64,000 bases of DNA from Octopus vulgaris (taxonomy: Eukaryota): NCBI GenBank assembly GCA_951406725.2, contig OX597826.1, positions 5,456,001 to 5,520,000 of the forward strand, in the 5' to 3' direction. The position numbers and the translations under genes are program-made. Below are positions 55,001 through 64,000 of the stretch, one piece after another. Each line of letters opens with the position of its first letter. The stretch's first letter is position 1. The notes beneath the pieces are model-generated. The model saw only the letters and a program-made list of their open reading frames with translations. It was not told the DNA's origin and made no database searches.

Positions 55001-56544
55001 GTGAATTCAAATATCATTCTGACCCCCCCTATCGTTAATATACACCAAAAGAAATTGATTACAAACAGCAGGAGAAAGATTCTCTTAATAATATTATATA
55101 TCCTACGCGTGAAATACACACGATATGTAAGCAGCTCGCGTTAGCGATTCTCACCAAAATAATCCCCAGTGGTGTGAAAAAAATAAAGCAAAACATGACT
55201 ACTTGAAGTGGAAGAATCCTCCTTAAATTATTTTACAAACACATTGATTCTTATCCAGTCACATTGTGTTACACTTTGGGTAAGGGTTTTTACTGTATCC
55301 ACGGAACAATAAATGACTTGCGCAGTAATTTAATTGCCGCAAAACAACATGGGAACTTTGTATATAATCCTTAAAAATATTTCAGCCCGAATGCTGCGGA
55401 AATGCTGAGGCACCACCGTTGGCTGTGCTCCGCTAGCATGTGAAACGACCTCTGATACTTGGCACTTGGTCAACAAGGGTGTTCGACGCCGCTACCCGCA
55501 TCTGTGTTTCCTGCTGAGATGTAGGTTCATCTGAAACCCCTGACAAGAAGAGATCGTGTTTAGTTTTAAAGAAACCTACATCTACACCATGCAGGTCTCT
55601 CAGGCATTAGGAAAGATCTTGAAGAGCTGTAGTCCTCTGAAACCAAAGCTGTTGCCATATCTTGTTTTGTATTTTGATGGTGATGTCGGGATAGTTGGCA
55701 CCACGCAGTGGCGCCTCGTTCTTCTTTTGGGGTAACTTTCAATGCCAAAATTTGGAACAAGGCCCTCAAAGATTCACCAGATGTATATCACCGTGTACTG
55801 TTTTGTTTGTGACTTCGTCTCGACGATTCAGAACTAGATTAAATGCGTATCAGACATTAAAATAAATCGGTCTTTTAGAGTAAAACAGTTAAAGTTGTAT
55901 CCCAATATGTCTTCAGTCCAATGACAAGTAAAGTATGAAGTGCAGCCGATAATTTCAGACAAGCTTTTGTTATATACACAACAGCGAAGCATAACTTTCT
56001 TGTTCTTACCGAAGAAGTAATAGAAGACTCACTAAATAAAATGTTCAATACTATGCATTGATTATTCACGAAATATACAATTGTATATCTCTATGACAAT
56101 CAATGTACAATTTTGAAATATCTCAACTAATAACGTTATGTTACATAATAGAGTAATAAAAGCAGCGGAATGTGTCATGTATTTTCTGATATTCATGAGA
56201 AATTTCCATGAATGTTGTCGCCAATTAGGCCTCATTTGCTATAAATGTATGAAGACATCATATGAAGTACTTAACACTACGTCGAAATCGGACTTCATTG
56301 GTTTGATTCTATATACATGATTTACACATCTATTTGCAGATCCTCCAGACAGTATGCGTACATTGTGATAATTTAAGATAGATACTCATGTCTGCTAATC
56401 AAATAAGTTATTGTAATAAATATGTTAGATGTCTCTATTGAAAAGTGTTGTAACCAAAGTAGAAAAATGTTCGTTATTTTGTTTTGAAAATTTTCCTGCA
56501 TTATTTCATTTGAAGGTGAATATATTATTTAATCTGAGCAGTGA

Positions 56545-56710
56545 TATAGGCGTGGTTGCGTAATAAGAAGCTTGCATTCCAGCCGTGTGGTCTCCATTTC
56601 AGTTCCACTGCAACACAACATCGACAGGCGTTTTCCACTATTACCCCCAAGCCGACCAAACTATCACGGGCGGATTTGCTAGACGGAAAAAAAATCAAAG
56701 ACCACGTACA
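56545..56710 (+). mobile_element. SINE family 2, degenerate head region
   Basis: ataggcgtggttgcgtaataagaagcttgcattccagccgtgtggtctccatttcagttccactgc...gacggaaa. Confidence 0.6.
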
Positions 56711-56930
56711 CGCACAAACACACATACATTCACACACACGCAAACCCACACACACATAGACACAGACAGATACACAGACACATACACACAAACACATACA
56801 TATAACTTAATGTGAGTGAAAACCAGACTGCGTTGCCTTCCGTAACTTAAGTCAATAAATGTACAGTAAAGGCATAATCGAAAAACAGACAGTAAAAGTC
56901 CCTAATTCCTCATCAGTTATTGACCAGAGG

Positions 56931-57001
<71 letters not shown>

Positions 57002-57819
57002 TACACACACACACACACCTACACACACACACACACACACATATGTATGTAGGTGTGTCTGTGTATGTGTTTGCAGTGTGTGTATATATTCTTTTATTCT
57101 TTTATTTGTTTCACCAATATAATTGCGGCCACGCTGGAGCACTGCATTGTTTCGAACAAATCGATCCCATTATTTGTTCTTTGTAAGCTAAGTATAGGGG
57201 GCGTAAAAATACAAAACATCGGTATTATTTATTGTTTGTAAGCTGAGTATAGGGGGCTTAAAAATACCAACATCGACCTTTGGTTAGCTCATCATTTTCA
57301 GTCAATTGTATTTATTTTTAAAAATGTCGCTTTAAATCCGAGTATAAATATGACATATTAATATAGTACTAAGGGACTTCCATCGTCACCCGTTCTCCGT
57401 AACTTACATAAACTTCGGGTTTGCTTACAAATATTACCACCATCCCAAACTCATACATGTTCTGCTGTTGCTGTTTTTACAATCCGATGGAAAGAGTTGA
57501 TACAAAGTGGTATTATCTAATTGACTGAGAACTTGTTGGTCATACAGCACCATGCGACATCTTCATGCATAATGAAGATTCGTCTTAATATTTAACACCA
57601 TTTTGTAATAGCAATTCTTCTGTTCATGAATGAATGATTTGTAAGTACGGCGTCTGCAGTGACAAACAACACTTATAATGTTCATGACGTTCTAGTTAGA
57701 TTTTAGTTAAACTAATTCACCGTTCTCTACTTTTCTTCATTTTCTTTTATTTATGTGAGTAAGAATTTCAAATTCTCCATCCCATTGTATTCGTTGACTT
57801 CTTCAATATCAGCTCAGGT

Positions 57820-59393
<1,574 letters not shown>

Positions 59394-59454
59394 TTATCCC
59401 GATGCTTTAGTCAGAGCCGGCATGAAGCTGAAAGTGTATTTCGGGTATTAGATT

Positions 59455-59590
59455 TGCTTACGAACCACATGGTTCCGGGTTCCCTCCCACTGTGTAGCAC
59501 CTTGGGCAAATGTCTTCTACTATAACCTCTGGCCGACGAAAGCCTTGTGAGTGGATTTTGTAGACGGAAACTGAAAGAAGCCCGGTCCAT
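59455..59590 (+). mobile_element. SINE family 2, 5' half
   Basis: aaccacatggttccgggttccctcccactgtgtagcaccttgggcaaatgtcttctactataacc...gtagacggaaactgaaagaagccc. Confidence 0.85.
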
Positions 59591-61191
59591 GTATGTATGC
59601 TTGCATGAAGACACGTATGTATGTATGTTTGTATGTATGTATCTATGTATGTATCTATATATGTATCTATATATATGTATATGCTACAATTACTGCCAAC
59701 GTTACGTAATTGTTCCAATAAAGTTTTGCAATGAAGTTTAATTCTTTATCCTCTTCGGCGAATCCAATATCAACCAGTAGCCCCAATGTCAGAGCGGCAA
59801 ACCTAACCACTAGTTCAGAAATTTTGAGCAATAAATTATACATATTGGCAGAGACAACATTCATTTCAATTATCTGTACTGAGTGAAAGGATTTTGTTCT
59901 AAATTTATCTCCAAGTGATTTGTAGCGGTACTTATAATTTACAGAGGAGTTACCAGAAATTCTAGAGTTTCACATTGTTAACAATGGCCATAGAAACGGC
60001 GCGATGACAATGGCAAAACCATTGTGCTTACAAATTATGTTGCCAAAGCTTCAAACCCACACTTTCTCCTCATACGTATTACTCTCTTCGCCTTCACCTA
60101 CATTCTCTTTCATTACTTCGCTAATATGTTCACATACGAGTATTTGTATTTAGTAAAGTACTAACCCTTTTAACAGAAGTGTATTCACTACAGAAACAGT
60201 ATTTGAGCTATTAGCGTTACGTCAGTAAATCCAACGAATGAAGCTGATAATTAATTTTTTTTCTTCTATTTTCTACGTTTGTTCTGTTAAGGGTTGTAAA
60301 TATAAACTCAGCTATAACTTCTTTGATGATATATTAGATTCTGTGGCTAATGAAATATATCCTCATCAAGGAATTTAATTATCATATTATTACCCTTACG
60401 TGACTCAGGAGACATTGTAAAATGGGAAGGCCGAAACACATTGTGGTAGATTTAATACCATTTTTATCTGAAAGCAAACGAAACGTGCAACTATAAAGAA
60501 CAAATATGAGAGAGTATAAACATGGCAGACAATGAGCCACTCAAAAGCAATGTCTCCTTATTGTGTCTCGGAGTATTAATCATTCTACATCGTGAACATA
60601 AGACAATAATCCACTTGCCAATTTAGAAGTGGTTTAATAGTAATCAATAAAGGAAATTAAGAAGTTACCGGCGTTCAGGCCTATGTTAATAACGATATGC
60701 ATACATACATACCTACATAGGTACATATATATACAAATACAAATACGTACATACATAATATATATATATATATATTGTAAATGTATGTACGTATATATAG
60801 ATGTATGGATATATGTATGCGTGTCCCTTAATCTATTTATTTCTGAACAAATGAAGGGGTAATGGAAAATGCACATCGTAACGATTATATAATGGGACTT
60901 AGATCTTAAGGAAATATGGCATTTGTCGAGGCGGTGGTAACATCTATGTACTACCCCGACATTCGGAGTTACTTCGCTTTTCCGGGCACAATCATTGGTA
61001 GTATCGGTTTCCATTCCTAGTTGCATCCATGCCAACAGCTTTTTTTGCTTCTGCTCTTTAAGCAGTAGCGCCATCAAAGGATCCGTAATGAAATGGACGA
61101 TGATGCATTAGGACGAACTATCGTCAAAAGAAACACTTTTTACGGGCAAGAATAAACAAGAATCATACACAGACATTTATGCGTATAAACA

Positions 61192-61240
61192 TTTCTAGGT
61201 GTAATCCCATGGTCATTCATGACCCAAGAGGGTCTTTTTA
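61192..61240 (+). mobile_element. 3' tail fragment of SINE family 3 or of its partner LINE
   Basis: tttctaggtgtaatcccatggtcattcatgacc matches 8727-8760. Confidence 0.6.
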
Positions 61241-61699
61241 CTCTTATTTTCACTCAGACGGAGCAACTGAATTATCAGCGTTAAGGGTTAGAGTTTCAGA
61301 ATATACTACTGAGAACATTCTTATTTCAAGCAATAGTCATCTGGATTCAGGGGAACAATTATGTCTACAGCGTGTTCGTTCGATCTCATCATAGCGATAT
61401 CTTTCTATCGAAACCCCTTGAGTTGGAAGAGGTTTCGATAGAAACTCCCTAAAAAATCAATGCATCATGAAACAACAATACTATACACTACGAGATATAT
61501 ATATATACTACATTTCACTGTCATCACATGACAATGTAGTTACAACTTAAGTGACCTTGCAACAATTTGCATATTTGATGTCGCTTGAAACTATGAGTCC
61601 AACAATAGTGTCTACTTCCTGCTACTAGCATTCATCAGAATAAAATGAAAGCAACCACGGAATCATGTTACAAATGCAATTATATAGAAATACATTAAT

Positions 61700-62300
61700 G
61701 TGAACCAATAACAGAATAGTAAGGACTTACCCTTCAACAGATGAAACAAGAAGATTTACTGTTTGTAACCTCATGACGAATAATGTTAATGCTCTTTATA
61801 ATCAGTACAAAGTGAGTTACTAATCTGAGGGATAACAATATATTACTAGCAAAAAGGCGACATTGAAAGATATAAAAGTTGGTGGGAAGCCGAAAGCTTT
61901 TTGATATCAACAATATTACAAAAATAACACCGAAGCAGGGAATAGATTGATTACGGAAAAAGCCTTCGACAGCAATATCTCACAGCTTGCTATTGAGAAG
62001 GTTTCACATAAACACAGCAACCCTAATACTTAATATGAAAACTGGATATTAATCATGCTATGTCAGAGAAGAAAATATTAATAACACTTCAATTTAAAGA
62101 GAGACAATGCAAGCCTATCCACATAAGAATCGGAATGTTTTTATGGGAACATCTTATGCCTACTTACCTTGTCCTCATTCTACAAATCTTTTGAATCAAA
62201 GCAGCAATTTAAGAAGATATACGACGAACACATAAATCATCTCTGCTACATGAATTATTAAAAACTATAAACAAGATATAACACAAAGCAAGGAATTCTT
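61700..62300 (+). pseudogene. Degraded R4/Dong-like (RLE-clade) non-LTR reverse transcriptase
   Basis: *IDYGK/AFDS at about 61943-61973 (compare WIDYxKAFDS), IRIGMF at about 62123, and INHLCYMNY*KL* at about 62232-62270 (compare ISHLLYMDDLKLY). The motifs are in the correct order. Confidence 0.65.
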
Positions 62301-63759
62301 CAGAAATATTCTACATGTCATAATGCAGTGATATCCGATATGAAGAGGTAGATTTTAAGTGTCAATGCCGCTTTAAGAATTTGATAAATTTCTCTTGGTC
62401 AATATTTCGATTTGTCTGTTTCTCACTGCAAAATAATTCCTTGTGAGGATCGTGAAGATCCTTGCATTACATATTTTAGCGCTAAGTTAAATATTCAAAG
62501 AATGTTTAAATTAAAAGAAGCTAAAATAATTTAGAATTAGTATCTTGGATTAGAAAACTTGAACGGAGCATCGAACATAGAACTTTTAAATATAACTAAT
62601 ATTACAGAATATAGAAAAGAAAAGGATGAAATTGTTATTAAAAATAAATAATAAGCCAGGAACAAGAATATTCGACAACTTATTCAGGGACAGTAGTAAG
62701 GCTGTTATCACTATCGACAAAGCTCATAGTTAGATCCGCTCTACTCCTAATAACAGCAACATAATTCGAAAAGACACTATGTATTGACGCTGCATGACTA
62801 TGTGTGGTACCGTTTAATTGCTCAGCATAAATCAAACGAACCTGCATCATAGAAATCATGTGCCTATAGAAATTTATCTTCAACCAGTATTACCCATTGG
62901 TAGCACTGCCATGCTGAAGACATTTGAAAATCATTCATCGTAGTTCTCAAGACTAAAAGTCCTCTAGAAGAGACCTAAAGTTACCCACAGAACATAATCT
63001 CTCTTACCTAATACTAATAACATATCCATTGATAAAGGGAACTTTAATCAACCATATGACCAGACTTTCAGAAGGTAGGGATTGACTGATGATATTTCGG
63101 ATGACTAGCAATTAATCATGGTTTTACTTCATTCAGAATTTGGATAACAGAAATTTGCTGCAGGAAAGCAAACTACTACAAGTGTGGATCGTACCTGTCC
63201 ACCGTCAACGAAACTCTCTTCCTTGTACAATGACAGCACATGTCTGCATATCAGCAGTCACAGCATTCTGAGCTCGCCTTTCAGAATGCGCTGACAACAG
63301 ATCCGAATTTAACTGCGCGAGATTATTGCCAATATTACGAAAATAAATATAATGCCAAATTAAGATGATTAGTTGCACCCACCTGACTTCCGAGTTACGT
63401 AATCTTTGCCAAATGAAAATTACTTAGATATGACCAGAGTGTGTAAGGTAGCTTGCATACAGTGGTCAGGATAAAGTCACATTGACATTCTTCAAAATGA
63501 TTAATATCAGTGAGGACAGAATCTAACATGTGGCGATAATGTGGCTACAATATAACAAGGGACAGAGATGAAAAAAAACAAAAACAATCCAAACCGTTCA
63601 TTATCTGGTCAATACCCTTACATCACTCATCGGCTTCTTTTCAACAAGGATGAGGAAGAATCTCCTACGTGACTTTCAATGGAATTTATCAAATTCTACA
63701 GCCATACCAAAAATCACGGACAACACTGACTACATAATTATATTTGTCAGTTACAAATG

Positions 63760-63912
63760 CGGTTAGTAGAATCGTTAGGACGTCGGGAAAAATGCTTAGC
63801 GGCATTTTGTCTACCTTCCCGTTTTGAGTTCAAATTCTACAGATGTCGACTTTAACTTTCATCTTTTCTATATAATCGACTTAACCCACATCCCGAAATT
63901 GCTCTTCTTGTG
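63760..63912 (+). mobile_element. SINE family 1 degenerate copy
   Basis: gtagaatcgttaggacgtcgggaaaaatgcttagcggcatttt...gagttcaaattctacagatgtcgacttt. Confidence 0.75.
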
Positions 63913-64000
63913 AAACCGTTATGATTATATGCGTGACAAAAAGTTCAAGCATAATCTTATTACAAAAATATAAAAAAAAACAACAACAAAAAAGAACAAA

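Noticed and set aside
55380-55800. GC-richer block with a 67-aa ORF
   Set aside because: No recognisable domain or convincing splice pair. It is probably an old transposon fragment.
56830-56925. Minus-strand CTGATGAgg next to (CA)n
   Set aside because: There is no GAAA or stem III downstream.
57180-57275. Tandem duplication of about 56 bp
   Set aside because: Only two units, inside a SINE family 2 tail remnant. It is ordinary slippage and not a CRISPR-like array.
62910-62942. catgCTGAAGAcatttGAAAatcattcat
   Set aside because: Stem II is absent and stem III is mismatched.

Overview
AT-rich, microsatellite-saturated animal DNA that is almost entirely non-coding. The recurring SINE families resemble those of octopus/coleoid cephalopod genomes (inference, not database-checked). 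Nearly all ORFs in the track are artefacts of (TA)n, (CA)n, (TATC)n, (ATT)n and (GAT)n repeats, and no intact protein-coding gene is recognisable. The window holds more than 20 copies or fragments of three tRNA-derived SINE families, a DD34D mariner transposase relic, a 232-bp internally deleted Tc1/mariner-superfamily element, and degraded L1/Tx1-like and R4/Dong-like RT relics. The most interesting signals are: (1) several unrelated short elements carrying type I hammerhead ribozyme motifs (CUGANGA...GAAA, palindromic stem III), often with an upstream inverted partial copy and often lying in (TA)n, which fits Penelope-like pseudo-LTR architecture; (2) one of these has a tRNA-like Pol III head and is a candidate Penelope-mobilised, ribozyme-bearing SINE; (3) a young SINE that repeatedly inserts at an RGTAT(T/A) motif that also occurs in its own family's head, producing self-nested copies. 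Two possible minus-strand exons and a YY1-like motif hint that much of the window is a large 5' intron (low confidence).
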